From NCBI GenBank assembly GCA_965223155.1, contig CBDCVR010000015.1:704001-768000 (forward strand): 64,000 nt of DNA, written 5' to 3'. The stretch comes from Candidatus Multivoradales bacterium (GTDB taxonomy: Bacteria; Acidobacteriota; Thermoanaerobaculia; Multivoradales; JAHEKO01). This document shows, one piece after another, positions 1 through 9,317 of this stretch (positions are counted from its first letter, which is position 1; every line of letters starts with the position of its first letter). The notes below the pieces were generated by a model. That model saw nothing but the letters and a program-made list of their open reading frames with translations, did no database searches and was not told where the DNA came from. The position numbers and the translations under genes are program-made.

Positions 1-95
1 CGATGCTCCCATCTGTCACACGGTGTCGGGGCCACCAAGGATACTTTCGGAGTCATCGAACCTCTCAATCCGTCCTTGCTTGTTGGTCGTCTAGT
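1..95 (-). ncRNA. Putative bridge RNA module downstream of the recombinase (candidate target-binding loop), truncated by the window edge
   Basis: CCTTGGTGG-CCC-CGACAC-CGT-GTGACAGATG scaffold homologous to the upstream module; GGCCCCGAC matches the element flank at 8/9. Confidence 0.55.
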
Positions 96-103
96 TATCT
101 CTT

Positions 104-1117
104 CTACGCTGCCTTGGGAAAGGCTCGGAAGCTCTCACCTGTCACCCACAGCCTGTGGAGCAACACCGCGATCTTCCTAGCTAGCGCGACCACGGCCTTG
201 CCCTTACCCAGCCTCTCGACCAGGCCCTCAGCCCATCTCTTGAGTGACGACTCTTTGCGACAGTTCAACGCCGCATGAGCTGCCTGCACCAAGAGTCTGC
301 GCATCTCCGAGTCGCCCTCGCGAGTGATCCGGCCCCTGACCTCATGCCCTCCTGAGCTGCGAAGCGACGGTCTCAAGCCCAGACACGCTCCGACGTCGCG
401 GCTTTTCTCGAACCGATCCGGACGATCCATCCAGCCGACGAACGCAAGGCTCACCAGAGGCCCCACACCAGGAACCGTCTGCAGCCGACGGACCAGCTCG
501 TTTGATCTCGACTCGGAGATGAGGTCGTCTTCGAGATGGTGGATCCGATCGGTCAGCTCGCCGATTGTCGTTACCAGAGGTTCGAGCGCTCCCAACAGGC
601 CGGCTTCGACCGACATCGACGCGTACCGAGCCACGAAGCTCTTCGCCGGACATGAGGGCACTCGGTAGCCCTGTGCCCGCAGCGTTCCGCGTACGGAGTT
701 GATCAGCGAGGTCCTGGTCTTCACCAGACTCGTTCGGACCCGAAGACGCGTCCGAAGCTCTTGGGCCTCACCTGTGCGCTGGTAGACTGGTCGAAGCAAA
801 CCCAGATCCAACCGGCTCAAACGAGCCAGGATCTCGGCGTCGATTCCGTCCGTCTTCAGGGTCGATTCCGCGATCAGACGTACCCGGCGTGGATTGACCA
901 CCATCACCTCATGGCCGAGCTCAGACAGCAGTCGATAGACCCAGGGTGTGACCGGACCGCTCTCGAGCGTCACCTGCGAGCGTTCCCGATTGGCGAAGAA
1001 CCTTCGCAGGCCCGTCTCGGTCGTCGGAACCCGCCGGCGAACCGTCACCTCACCGTCTTCTGATACGCCACACACCTCGCTGTACTTCGAGTGAACATCG
1101 ATGCCAAGATACTCCAT
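104..1117 (-). CDS. IS110-family transposase / bridge recombinase (DEDD RuvC-like domain plus C-terminal Tnp domain)
   Basis: YLGIDVH...LESG...KTDGIDA (DEDD), TVPGVGP, LGLRPSLRSSGG (catalytic Ser), KAVVALARK; AAGGAGA RBS before ATG at 1117. Confidence 0.95.
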   Translation of the reverse strand: MEYLGIDVHSKYSEVCGVSEDGEVTVRRRVPTTETGLRRFFANRERSQVTLESGPVTPWVYRLLSELGHEVMVVNPRRVRLIAESTLKTDGIDAEILARLSRLDLGLLRPVYQRTGEAQELRTRLRVRTSLVKTRTSLINSVRGTLRAQGYRVPSCPAKSFVARYASMSVEAGLLGALEPLVTTIGELTDRIHHLEDDLISESRSNELVRRLQTVPGVGPLVSLAFVGWMDRPDRFEKSRDVGACLGLRPSLRSSGGHEVRGRITREGDSEMRRLLVQAAHAALNCRKESSLKRWAEGLVERLGKGKAVVALARKIAVLLHRLWVTGESFRAFPKAA

Positions 1118-1334
1118 GGTCGGTCTCCTTTCTCGGCTCTGATGCCGATTCTTGGTTATCTCCAACTGGCACAGTGTCCCAGCTGGAGACCGACCGACTC
1201 ATCTCATCTGTCACCCAATCTCCGCCCCTCAATCTTGGCCTACGTGCGACGGGCTTCCGGTGTGTCCGCCCGAAAGCCCGTCTGGTTCTGGCGGAGGTTT
1301 GTGTCGTTATCCACCAAGGTCCCTTGCGGGACAC
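1118..1334 (-). ncRNA. Putative bridge RNA module upstream of the recombinase (candidate donor-binding loop)
   Basis: GTCCC-GCAA-GGGAC hairpin, CTTGGT/ACCAAG closing helix, nested CTCCGCC/GGCGGAG and GACGGGCTT/AAGCCCGTC stems; shares motifs with 1-70. Confidence 0.6.
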
Positions 1335-1525
1335 TCTCAGGCTAGTCAGGGCCGGAGCCAGCCGCTATCGCACCGCTGCTTGGAGCGCAATTTGTCAGGA
1401 AAGCGGCGGTGGGCAACTGCCCGTGCCGCTGCCCGGCGCATCCTGTGAGGCCACGAAGCAACTTCGTCCTCGGCGGGTTCGGAGCACTGCCACGGGAGCG
1501 CCGCGCTAGACTCCCCCCGGCCCCG

Positions 1526-2065
1526 ATGGAAGTCCTCTACCACGCAGCCATGAGCCTCGACGGCAAGATCGCAACGGCCGATGGCGGGGTCGGCTGGCTC
1601 GATCCATTTCAAAGCGAGGACGGCTACGGCTATGCGGAGTTCTATGCCTCCGTTGACGTTCTTCTTATGGGGAGAGCGACCTACGAATTCGCGCTCGCGC
1701 ATCCGCCCTGGCTGGCAGCGGACAGGCCCAGCCGCGTCTTTACGAAACGGGACTTGCCGATCGCCCACCCGAGTGTCGAGCTGACTGCCGAGCCTCCGGC
1801 CAAGGTCGTCGCCCGGCTCGCGGACGCCGGCCACCGGCGCGCCTGGCTCATGGGCGGCGGCGTTCTCGCGGCCTCGTTTCTCGAAGCCGGCCTCATCACA
1901 CGCTCGATCCTGGCGGTGATGCCCGTCGTTCTTGGAGACGGCATCCCGCTCTTCGCGGGCGGCGACGGGCTACCTAGCTCCCTCGAGCTCGTCGCCACCA
2001 AGAGCTATCCGGACGGCGTCGTCATCCTGACTCACGACTTCCCGTCGCGCTCAAGTGCCGACTAG
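1526..2065 (+). CDS. Dihydrofolate reductase-family / RibD C-terminal-like protein
   Basis: AMSLDGKIA, LMGRATYE, WLMGGG, PVVLGDGIPLF motifs. Confidence 0.88.
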   Translation: MEVLYHAAMSLDGKIATADGGVGWLDPFQSEDGYGYAEFYASVDVLLMGRATYEFALAHPPWLAADRPSRVFTKRDLPIAHPSVELTAEPPAKVVARLADAGHRRAWLMGGGVLAASFLEAGLITRSILAVMPVVLGDGIPLFAGGDGLPSSLELVATKSYPDGVVILTHDFPSRSSAD

Positions 2066-2176
2066 CGAAGCATCGCTAAGCTTCTGCATAGGGATCCCGG
2101 CCTCCGGAAGCACCCCCTACTCGGCCCTCCTCTCAGGCTCGCGGTCGATTCCCGATGGGGGCTCGAGCGTTTCTCG

Positions 2177-3022
2177 TCAGCCCGCGGGTGCCGATTGCGC
2201 GTTCGAGGCTATGGATGCGGCTCGCGCCTGAGGCGCGGTCACCGTCAACCGGCGGTAGCCAAGGAATGCCGCGCCCAGAGCGCCCGCGTACTGGACCAGA
2301 TCGCCATCCGGAACGTTGACCTCCGCCTCGAGACTCTTGCGCACTTCGTCGGCCATCGTCGGAAACCGCAAGATCCCGCCAAGAAGCGTGTACTCGGGCT
2401 CCATCCGCACCCGCTTCATGAGCTGAACCGCGCGCCCCACCAGCGAGACGATCGCGCCCTGCATGATGTCGGCGGGCGGGCGCCCGAGTGACAGGTGGTT
2501 GATCACCTCCGATTCGGCGAAAACCGCGCAAACGCCCGAGATGGGGGCTGGGTCTTTCGAAGTCGCGGCCAGCAAACCGATCTCCTCCGTCGGGTAGCCC
2601 ATGTACTTGGCGGTCTTCTCGATGAACGCGCCGGTGCCGGCGGCACACTTGTCGTTGAGGCGAAACGACTTGACCTTGGCGGAGTCGTCCAGGCGCGAGG
2701 CCTTCATCGTTTGCCCACCGATGTCGAGCACGGTCCGCGTCTCGGGAAAAAAGAAGGTCGCGGCGCGCGCGGCCGCGGTCAGATCGGTCACGTGGACGTC
2801 GCAAAAGGGAACCTGATGGCGGCCGAACCCGGTCGCGACAATGTAGGAGATCGCCTCCTCGGACAACCCGGCGTCCGCAAGCGCCTCCTCGTAGACACGG
2901 CCGGCGATCTCAGGCAAACGGAACCCAGTCCTGGCAAGCGACTTGCCCACGATCTCGCGGCCTTCGGCGAGCACCACCGCCTTGGCGTACGTCGAACCGA
3001 TGTCGATGCCGATGGTTTGCAT
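2177..3022 (-). CDS. bcrD: Class I benzoyl-CoA reductase ATP-binding (ASKHA) subunit, BcrD-like
   Basis: [33 protein letters not shown]; operon context. A versus D assignment is tentative. Confidence 0.8.
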   Translation of the reverse strand: MQTIGIDIGSTYAKAVVLAEGREIVGKSLARTGFRLPEIAGRVYEEALADAGLSEEAISYIVATGFGRHQVPFCDVHVTDLTAAARAATFFFPETRTVLDIGGQTMKASRLDDSAKVKSFRLNDKCAAGTGAFIEKTAKYMGYPTEEIGLLAATSKDPAPISGVCAVFAESEVINHLSLGRPPADIMQGAIVSLVGRAVQLMKRVRMEPEYTLLGGILRFPTMADEVRKSLEAEVNVPDGDLVQYAGALGAAFLGYRRLTVTAPQARAASIASNAQSAPAG

Positions 3023-3840
3023 CAGACCGCCTCCTGTCGCTGCTCCGCGGGCCGATTGCCGGCCCGGAGCCGGTCGAGTCCAAAGAGACTGGCTCCCAGC
3101 GCACCCATGAAGTGCGAGTCGTCACTTACGTTGACCGGAAACCCGAGCTTCGTTTCGATGGTCTTGACCATGCCGATGTTCTTGGCCACGCCTCCGCTGA
3201 ACGTGAGCTCGGGCTCGATGCCTACGCGGCGAAGCAGTCCAAGCGAGCGCGAAGCGATGGACTCGTGGACGCCCAGGAGAATGTCCTCGATCTTCTTGCC
3301 CCGACCCAGCCAGGAGAGAATCTCGGACTCGGCAAACACCGTGCACGTGGTGCTGATGCGAACCGACTCCGTGGCCTGGAGAGCGGTTGGTCCCAGATCG
3401 CCGAGCGGAATGTCGAGAGCGGTCGATGCCGCGCCTAGAAACCGCCCGGTACCGGCCGCGCACTTGTCGTTCATGCAGAAATCCAGAATGTCTCCGGTTC
3501 TTGCAACGCTGATCGCCTTCGTGTCCTGACCGCCCATGTCGAGCACCGTGCGGGTGCCTGGAAACATGTGTACGGCGCCGCGGGCGTGACAACTGATCTC
3601 AGTTACTTGATCGTGCCCGAAGCTGATCTGGTAGCGGCCGTAGCCGGTTCCAATGACGCACTCGACGTCTTGGTCGGTGACCCCGGCGTCGGCCATGGCG
3701 AGCTCGAACGATTTCTCGGCCGCCGTGACGACGTTGGCGCCGGTGCTGATCAAAGCTCGCCCGACAATCCTTTCGGCGTCGTCGATCACAACCGCCTTGG
3801 TCTGGGTCGATCCGACATCCACTCCTGCCGCAAACGCCAT
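3022..3840 (-). CDS. bcrA: Class I benzoyl-CoA reductase ATP-binding subunit, BcrA-like (short form)
   Basis: [49 protein letters not shown]. Confidence 0.8.
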   Translation of the reverse strand: MAFAAGVDVGSTQTKAVVIDDAERIVGRALISTGANVVTAAEKSFELAMADAGVTDQDVECVIGTGYGRYQISFGHDQVTEISCHARGAVHMFPGTRTVLDMGGQDTKAISVARTGDILDFCMNDKCAAGTGRFLGAASTALDIPLGDLGPTALQATESVRISTTCTVFAESEILSWLGRGKKIEDILLGVHESIASRSLGLLRRVGIEPELTFSGGVAKNIGMVKTIETKLGFPVNVSDDSHFMGALGASLFGLDRLRAGNRPAEQRQEAV

Positions 3841-3867
3841 GCTGCTCCTCCGTTTCTCTAGTGCCGA

Positions 3868-5151
3868 CTAGCGGCCGCGCCGCAGCCGGTGGGCTGCAAG
3901 ACCTTCGAAAAAAGCGTCGGCGCGATTCTTGAGTTGGGCCTCGGATACGACCCGCTTGTCCATCATGTCGGACTCGATAAAGAGCGTAGGCACCTCGTGG
4001 CGCTGGATGAGCGCCCTCCGACTATCCGCCAGGCCGGTCGATACGGTTCGACAGCTCTTGATCGGATGGAAGACGACGCCGTCGATGGCGAAGTCCTCGA
4101 GCATGCCGGCAATGACCTCGTCGCTCTGGAACATCGAGTCCATGGCGTCGCGCACCGATACCAAGACGCCTTCCGCAAGGCTCTCGATGGGCCGGCGCAG
4201 GTCGTACTCGAAGCCGAGATTGTTCCCTCCTGAAGCGAACCATAGATAGGTCGAATTGACGAAGACGCCGCCCCAGTCGGTGAAGAGCTCGTTGAATCTG
4301 CGAAAGATCGGGTAGCAAGGAACTCCGACAAACGTGAGCCGGTACCTCTCCTCGACCGGCGTGCCGATCCCGCGTTCGGCCTTGTACTCCAACTCTTCGA
4401 CCAGATCGGAGAAGTACCGCGCCGCCTCGGGCGTGCCCCTGAGTCCGTTGGCAACGCCCAGGAAAATCGTGCCGTCGGTCAAGGCATTGAACACCGCCGG
4501 CCGGCGCCGGTTGAGATCGATGATCCGCTTCCATGAGGCACTTACGGTGTTGCAGTCCGCGAGCACGGCCCGCAGTCGATCGATATCGAAGGGTTTCCCC
4601 GTGACCTCCTCGCAGGTCGCCACGAGCTCGCGGATCTGTCCCTCGACGTAGCGCCGGTCGTTTTCGAAGTCTCGACTCCCCGGCAGGCTCGGAGACCCGA
4701 TCTGCCGCGTGCCGGGAATATCCAGCGTAAAGACCTTGGTGCCATGCAGGCGCTCCCAGATCTCGGCCCACTTGACATAGGTGTTGCAGGCGTTGGTCAG
4801 CACGGCCAGCTTGGGCGTCGGGATCCGGCCCGCGGGATGACCGCCTCCACGCAACTGGACGGCGACGTCCGCTTTGACATAGCCACAGATGTCCGGGGAG
4901 TAGCCGTAGTCTTCGGCTTCGTTGAGGAAATCGTCCGCGACATGGCGCACCGCCGTCTGTAGCGAGTTGATCTCGGGAAAGACCACCGGCAAGTCAAAGC
5001 AGCGCAGGATCTCGACGAAGCTGCCCATGACGAAGACGTAGGCCGCCGGCCGGTCCTGATCGGCGACGAGCGAGAGATCATCGAACCAGTCTTTGAAGAG
5101 AGTCGCGCCCTGCTCGTGGCCGCGCCCCAGGATTTCCGCGCTAACGCTCAA
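3868..5151 (-). CDS. bcrB: Benzoyl-CoA reductase subunit B (2-hydroxyacyl-CoA dehydratase family)
   Basis: FPEIN, GYSPDICGYVK, NACNTYVKW, HPIKSCR; TTG start after a GAGAGGA RBS. Confidence 0.85.
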   Translation of the reverse strand: MSVSAEILGRGHEQGATLFKDWFDDLSLVADQDRPAAYVFVMGSFVEILRCFDLPVVFPEINSLQTAVRHVADDFLNEAEDYGYSPDICGYVKADVAVQLRGGGHPAGRIPTPKLAVLTNACNTYVKWAEIWERLHGTKVFTLDIPGTRQIGSPSLPGSRDFENDRRYVEGQIRELVATCEEVTGKPFDIDRLRAVLADCNTVSASWKRIIDLNRRRPAVFNALTDGTIFLGVANGLRGTPEAARYFSDLVEELEYKAERGIGTPVEERYRLTFVGVPCYPIFRRFNELFTDWGGVFVNSTYLWFASGGNNLGFEYDLRRPIESLAEGVLVSVRDAMDSMFQSDEVIAGMLEDFAIDGVVFHPIKSCRTVSTGLADSRRALIQRHEVPTLFIESDMMDKRVVSEAQLKNRADAFFEGLAAHRLRRGR

Positions 5152-5185
5152 TGGCTTTCCTCTCTGGTCATCGGTTCGTTGGCTC

Positions 5186-6397
5186 CTAGGCGAATAGGAG
5201 GTTCTCCGCAAAGGTCTCCAGCTGCAGCTCCAGATGCTCGAAGCTCGACATCGACTCCTGGAACTCGCTGACGAAATACGGGACATCTTCCGCGTCGAGG
5301 GCCTTGGTATACGCCACCTGTTCCTCGAGCCCGGGTTCGCACATCTTGGCGGCGGCCAAGATCGCGGCATCCGCGCTCGCATTCTGAATTCGCTCGAGAA
5401 GCATCTTCTCCTTGGGCTTCCTAAGATCGTGCTGCACCGGGCTGTAGGACGACCCTTCGATGTACACGTGGGCCAGGTTCGCCAGCGGGTCGCCATCCGT
5501 GCTCACCGAGTCGAGCAGCCAGCGGAGGCCAATGAGAAGGTCATCGTCAACCAGGTAGCACGACCGACCGACGGTGCGGATGAGGTCGAGCGGAGGCTGC
5601 TCGCAGAACCCGCCCTCGAACACCACCCGGATCCGGTCCTGACGCTTCCGCTGACGCTGCCGGATCAGAGGCAGCACGGACTCGAGAAGCTCGTTGTGCT
5701 CTTCGCGCGGCAGCATCCCGGCCAAGGCCGTCAGGACGTAGCCTTCCTCCGCCGACAACAGCCAGGGTGTGTCTCGCTTGATCTCGTACAACTCCCGCAG
5801 GAGAGCCCGGTTGCGGTTGAAGACTCCGATCGAGTGCCGCAGATCCGCATCGCCGACGGCCCTGCCAGACACGCTCTCGAGACCCTCGAGCACGCGCCCG
5901 TACTCACTCGTCAGGTACTCCACCGAATGACTGGAGTTGGCGTTCTGGGGCAAGTACAGAATCTGGCATGGATAGTCGACATTGCGGCTCCACACGGCAG
6001 CGAGGTTCCGAGCGGCATCGCAAATCGGATGGCTGACGAACATGTCGAGCTCGAGCTTGTTCGACAGCGCCAGCTCGAGCGAGGTCTTGAGAATCGAACA
6101 AAGGTACGACCCGAAGCGGGACTCAGCCTGGGTGGCATCGAGCACCGCTCCCCGCACCTTGACCGGCAGGAGGCCAGCGGCATGGGCCAGCTCTTCGGGA
6201 AAGTAGACCTGGAAGTGGCCCACGACCTTGCCTCCGGCTTCGCGCCAGCGCCGGACGGTCGGGTATTCGGGGCTCTCCACCAAGCTCCGGCAGCGGCTCA
6301 ACACCTCCTCCAGGGCCTTGGAGCTTCCAGGATCGGAAGGACTCGGCAATTCGGCCTGCCCCCAGTCGAAGACTTGTACCTGACCTTCGCTAAGCAT
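5186..6397 (-). CDS. bcrC: Benzoyl-CoA reductase subunit C
   Basis: [40 protein letters not shown]. Confidence 0.87.
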   Translation of the reverse strand: MLSEGQVQVFDWGQAELPSPSDPGSSKALEEVLSRCRSLVESPEYPTVRRWREAGGKVVGHFQVYFPEELAHAAGLLPVKVRGAVLDATQAESRFGSYLCSILKTSLELALSNKLELDMFVSHPICDAARNLAAVWSRNVDYPCQILYLPQNANSSHSVEYLTSEYGRVLEGLESVSGRAVGDADLRHSIGVFNRNRALLRELYEIKRDTPWLLSAEEGYVLTALAGMLPREEHNELLESVLPLIRQRQRKRQDRIRVVFEGGFCEQPPLDLIRTVGRSCYLVDDDLLIGLRWLLDSVSTDGDPLANLAHVYIEGSSYSPVQHDLRKPKEKMLLERIQNASADAAILAAAKMCEPGLEEQVAYTKALDAEDVPYFVSEFQESMSSFEHLELQLETFAENLLFA

Positions 6398-7151
6398 TGA
6401 CCCAGACCGGCTGTCGTTTCTCGAGGAAGGCTTGGAGGCCTTCTTCGGCGTCTTGCGTCGCCATCAGGTCTTCCAAATATTGGCGCTCGAGCTCCGGAAG
6501 CCGCCGCCGCACCTTGCGATTGATCGAGGCGCGTAGCGCGCGGGTGGCCAGGCGCAGCGACGTCGCCGACCGCGGCAGGATCGAGGTCTCCAAGAACGCC
6601 GCGACGACCTCGTCGAGCCGGCCTTCATCGCACGTGTGCGTCAGAGCACCGCACCGCATGGCTTCGTCTGCGGAGATCTCCCCCCCGCTCAAGACCAGCC
6701 GCTCGGTCATGGTGCGCCCGAGAAGCTCGGGAAACACCGCGCAAGCCAGCGGCGGGAACACACCGAGCTGGATCTCGGGCAGGGCAAATGCGGCCGTCTC
6801 CTCCGCGATCCGGAAGTGGCAAAACGCAGCAAGCTCGAAGGCTCCCCCGAGGCAGCGGCCTTGAACCGCCGCCACCGAAGGCACGTCGCATTCCATCAGC
6901 GCTTCGAACACGTCTCCGAAAGCGGACAGAAAGTCTCCGACCACGCTTCGCATGTGCTCCTGGATAGACGCCCCGTAGGAGAAGTTCCTGCCGGCGGCGG
7001 TAAGAACGAACGCCTTGAGATTGGCGTCGGCGCCGTGGGTCCGTATGGCCTCCGCCAACTCGAGACAGAGCTCACGATTCAGGATGTTTCCGGGAGGCGC
7101 GGCCAATTCGAGCGTACAGATCTCGGGCTCGCGGTGTACGTTCAGACCCAT
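6390..7151 (-). CDS. dch: Cyclohexa-1,5-diene-1-carbonyl-CoA hydratase (crotonase family)
   Basis: [34 protein letters not shown]; lies between oah and bcrC. Confidence 0.82.
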   Translation of the reverse strand: MGLNVHREPEICTLELAAPPGNILNRELCLELAEAIRTHGADANLKAFVLTAAGRNFSYGASIQEHMRSVVGDFLSAFGDVFEALMECDVPSVAAVQGRCLGGAFELAAFCHFRIAEETAAFALPEIQLGVFPPLACAVFPELLGRTMTERLVLSGGEISADEAMRCGALTHTCDEGRLDEVVAAFLETSILPRSATSLRLATRALRASINRKVRRRLPELERQYLEDLMATQDAEEGLQAFLEKRQPVWVNA

Positions 7152-8263
7152 CAGGCGATCTCCCGAGCTTCGGCTGGCGACACCGCCGCGATCAGCTCAT
7201 CATCCCAGGGCTCGCCCGCCGCCAGGCGGCGCCGAACCTCCAGAAAATCGACCTCCCGGTTCCCACGCTCGCCGAAATGGAACGCCCGAAATCCGGCCTT
7301 GGCCTCGGTCATCATGTTGAGCGCCAGCCAGGCGCGGTTAGACTCGCGGTTCCGGTGCCAGTGGACGAGCTTGTGCTTGCGCAGGGACTCGATCGTCTTG
7401 GTCGTGCAGTCGGGCATCGTCATCGCGAGCTTTGCGGCAAGCGCCTCGACCGCCGCGTCGAGGCGGGAAAAGTCCACCGCGCAAGCCTTGACTCGCTTCT
7501 TGGCCGCGGTCAGTTCGTCGCCGGTCCGAAACTGTCCGTAGACGATTCGACCCTCTTCATCCAGCCAGCGGTCGGTCAGGACCCGCGGATCGGCGATGAA
7601 CTTGCCGTCTTCGCGAAGCACTCGCTCGACTCCGGTAACCAGGCCGTAGCGGTCCGCCTGGTACGCGCTCCAGACCTCGCACAGCGTGCAGGATTGCATG
7701 GCCCGATCGAACCCGACGTAGAGCGGCAGAAAGTCCGTCGAGCCGCCGTCCGGGGCCGAGCCGTGCTTCGGACCGGCCTGACCGAAGACCGCGGTGTCGG
7801 CGGCCAGCGTGAAGTCGCAGGCCATTCCGATCTCTTGCCCACCGGCCAAGCGCATGCCGTTGACCCGGTTGATCACCGGCTTGTCGCACTCCAGGATGGC
7901 CGTCACCATGTCGTTGAAGAGCCGCATGTACTGGCGGTACTCGAGGGGACGGCCCGCATAGACTTCCGCGTATTCGGCGGTGTTGCCACCGGTACAAAAC
8001 GCTCGCTCGCCCACCGCGGTGAAGATCGCGCAGACGACGTCTCGCGACATCGAAGCACGGCGGAAAGCCAGGATCGTCTCCTTGACCGCCTCGGTGGTGT
8101 AGGAATTGAGCTGCTTCGGGTTGTCGAGGATGATCCAGGCGTTCCAAAGCCCTTCGACCGGCTCGCCCGCGCGTAGCAACGGACGGCGCTCGTAGCGGAT
8201 GTGCCGGAACTCGACGTCGGCAACGAGCTCGTGGTTCTTGAGGGTCTCTTGAGACATCGTCAC
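7151..8263 (-). CDS. oah: 6-oxocyclohex-1-ene-1-carbonyl-CoA hydrolase (BamA/BzdY/Oah)
   Basis: LDNPKQLNSYTT, FCTGGNTAEYAE, EYRQYMRLFNDM, GPKHGSAPDGGSTDFL, NRAWLALNMMTEA. Confidence 0.95.
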   Translation of the reverse strand: MTMSQETLKNHELVADVEFRHIRYERRPLLRAGEPVEGLWNAWIILDNPKQLNSYTTEAVKETILAFRRASMSRDVVCAIFTAVGERAFCTGGNTAEYAEVYAGRPLEYRQYMRLFNDMVTAILECDKPVINRVNGMRLAGGQEIGMACDFTLAADTAVFGQAGPKHGSAPDGGSTDFLPLYVGFDRAMQSCTLCEVWSAYQADRYGLVTGVERVLREDGKFIADPRVLTDRWLDEEGRIVYGQFRTGDELTAAKKRVKACAVDFSRLDAAVEALAAKLAMTMPDCTTKTIESLRKHKLVHWHRNRESNRAWLALNMMTEAKAGFRAFHFGERGNREVDFLEVRRRLAAGEPWDDELIAAVSPAEAREIA

Positions 8264-8267
8264 CTCC

Positions 8268-9317
8268 TCAGAAGTCCGGAATCAGAATCGGCCGCCGGCT
8301 GTGGTGCTCCCGCGCCAGGAGTTCGTTGAGCCGGCTCATGGGATAGCGCTCCACGAAAGGCCCGATCTCGATCGCCCCTTCGGCCACCAGATCCAAGATG
8401 GCCGGAAAGTGACTGGGAAGACACCCCCAGTTGCCGAAGGCGGTGGCGTCGAAGGCCATCAGGTTCGAGAGCCGAACCTCGACCTTGCGCATCGTGAAGC
8501 CAACAATCACCAGAGTGGCGTTGTGGCCGAGAAGCGCCCAGGCCGTCTGCTGGCCATCGGCGGTTCCCGAACACTCCAGAATCTTGCGGCGGTAGGGATT
8601 GACGGCCAGATCGCGCTCCGCGGCCGCAACCGCGCCGCGCACGCCCTTGGGGCCGAGCTCGGCCGCGTTCAATTCGACATCGGCGTAGCTCGAGACCGCC
8701 GCCAGTCGCTCCGGATCGATGTCGATGGCAACGGTCCGGGCGCCCAGGAACTTCGCCGTCTGGAGCGCGAAGGTTCCCACCCCCCCGGCGCCGATGACGA
8801 CGGCCAGATCCCCCTCGCGCACATCCGCGCGCAGGACCGACTGATAGGCGGTGCCGACCGCGTCGGCCACCACCGAGAAATTGACCACCCGGTCCACGTC
8901 GGCCGGCACCGGACAGAGGAACTCCGCCGGACCCAGGAAATGGGATGCAAAGCCGCCGTCGAAGTCGTTTCCCGGCATCTTCTGCCGCCGGCAGACATTG
9001 CCTCGATTCGCTTGGCACAACGCACACGCGCCACACGGAAGCACCGCGGGCACCAGGAAGACCTCGCCCACTTGGTGCTCGAGCCCTGCGCCCACGGCAA
9101 CCGCGCGGCCGACGATCTCGTGGCCCAGGGTCAGCGGCAGTGGCGCGTTGGGTCGGACTCCGCCGTAGAGAAAGGCGAAATCGGTGTGGCAGAGACCGCA
9201 GGCCAGAACCTCCAAGAGAACCTCGCCGCTCGCCGGCTTCGGGAGCGAAGCGGTCTCGAGCACCAGCGGCTCACCGGGTTGCGCCATGCGCCACGAATGC
9301 AGCCGGGCCGTGGTCAT
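8268..9317 (-). CDS. had: 6-hydroxycyclohex-1-ene-1-carbonyl-CoA dehydrogenase (Zn-ADH family)
   Basis: CGLCHTD, LGHEI, CGACALC...C, QKMPGND, RLSNLMAFDA, GNWGC. Confidence 0.92.
   Translation of the reverse strand: MTTARLHSWRMAQPGEPLVLETASLPKPASGEVLLEVLACGLCHTDFAFLYGGVRPNAPLPLTLGHEIVGRAVAVGAGLEHQVGEVFLVPAVLPCGACALCQANRGNVCRRQKMPGNDFDGGFASHFLGPAEFLCPVPADVDRVVNFSVVADAVGTAYQSVLRADVREGDLAVVIGAGGVGTFALQTAKFLGARTVAIDIDPERLAAVSSYADVELNAAELGPKGVRGAVAAAERDLAVNPYRRKILECSGTADGQQTAWALLGHNATLVIVGFTMRKVEVRLSNLMAFDATAFGNWGCLPSHFPAILDLVAEGAIEIGPFVERYPMSRLNELLAREHHSRRPILIPDF

Larger units (their letters stand above)
1..1345 (-). mobile_element. IS110-family insertion sequence; distal end probably beyond the window start
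   Basis: Transposase plus about 225-nt structured upstream non-coding end with a TAGCCT -10 box (1344-1339) and no clear -35; boundary near 1343-1347 is inferred. Confidence 0.7.

Noticed and set aside
91-1346. CTAGT at 91-95 and 1342-1346 as the IS110 core, making the element 91-1346
   Set aside because: Not preferred: that junction gives no recognisable -35 and would exclude the homologous downstream RNA module. Not fully excluded, because AGATAAC after the stop resembles the upstream guide patch GGATAAC.
1395-1480. Hairpins between the IS and the DHFR-like gene as a riboswitch or REP element
   Set aside because: GC-rich stems are present, but there is no recognisable aptamer consensus and no second copy in the window.
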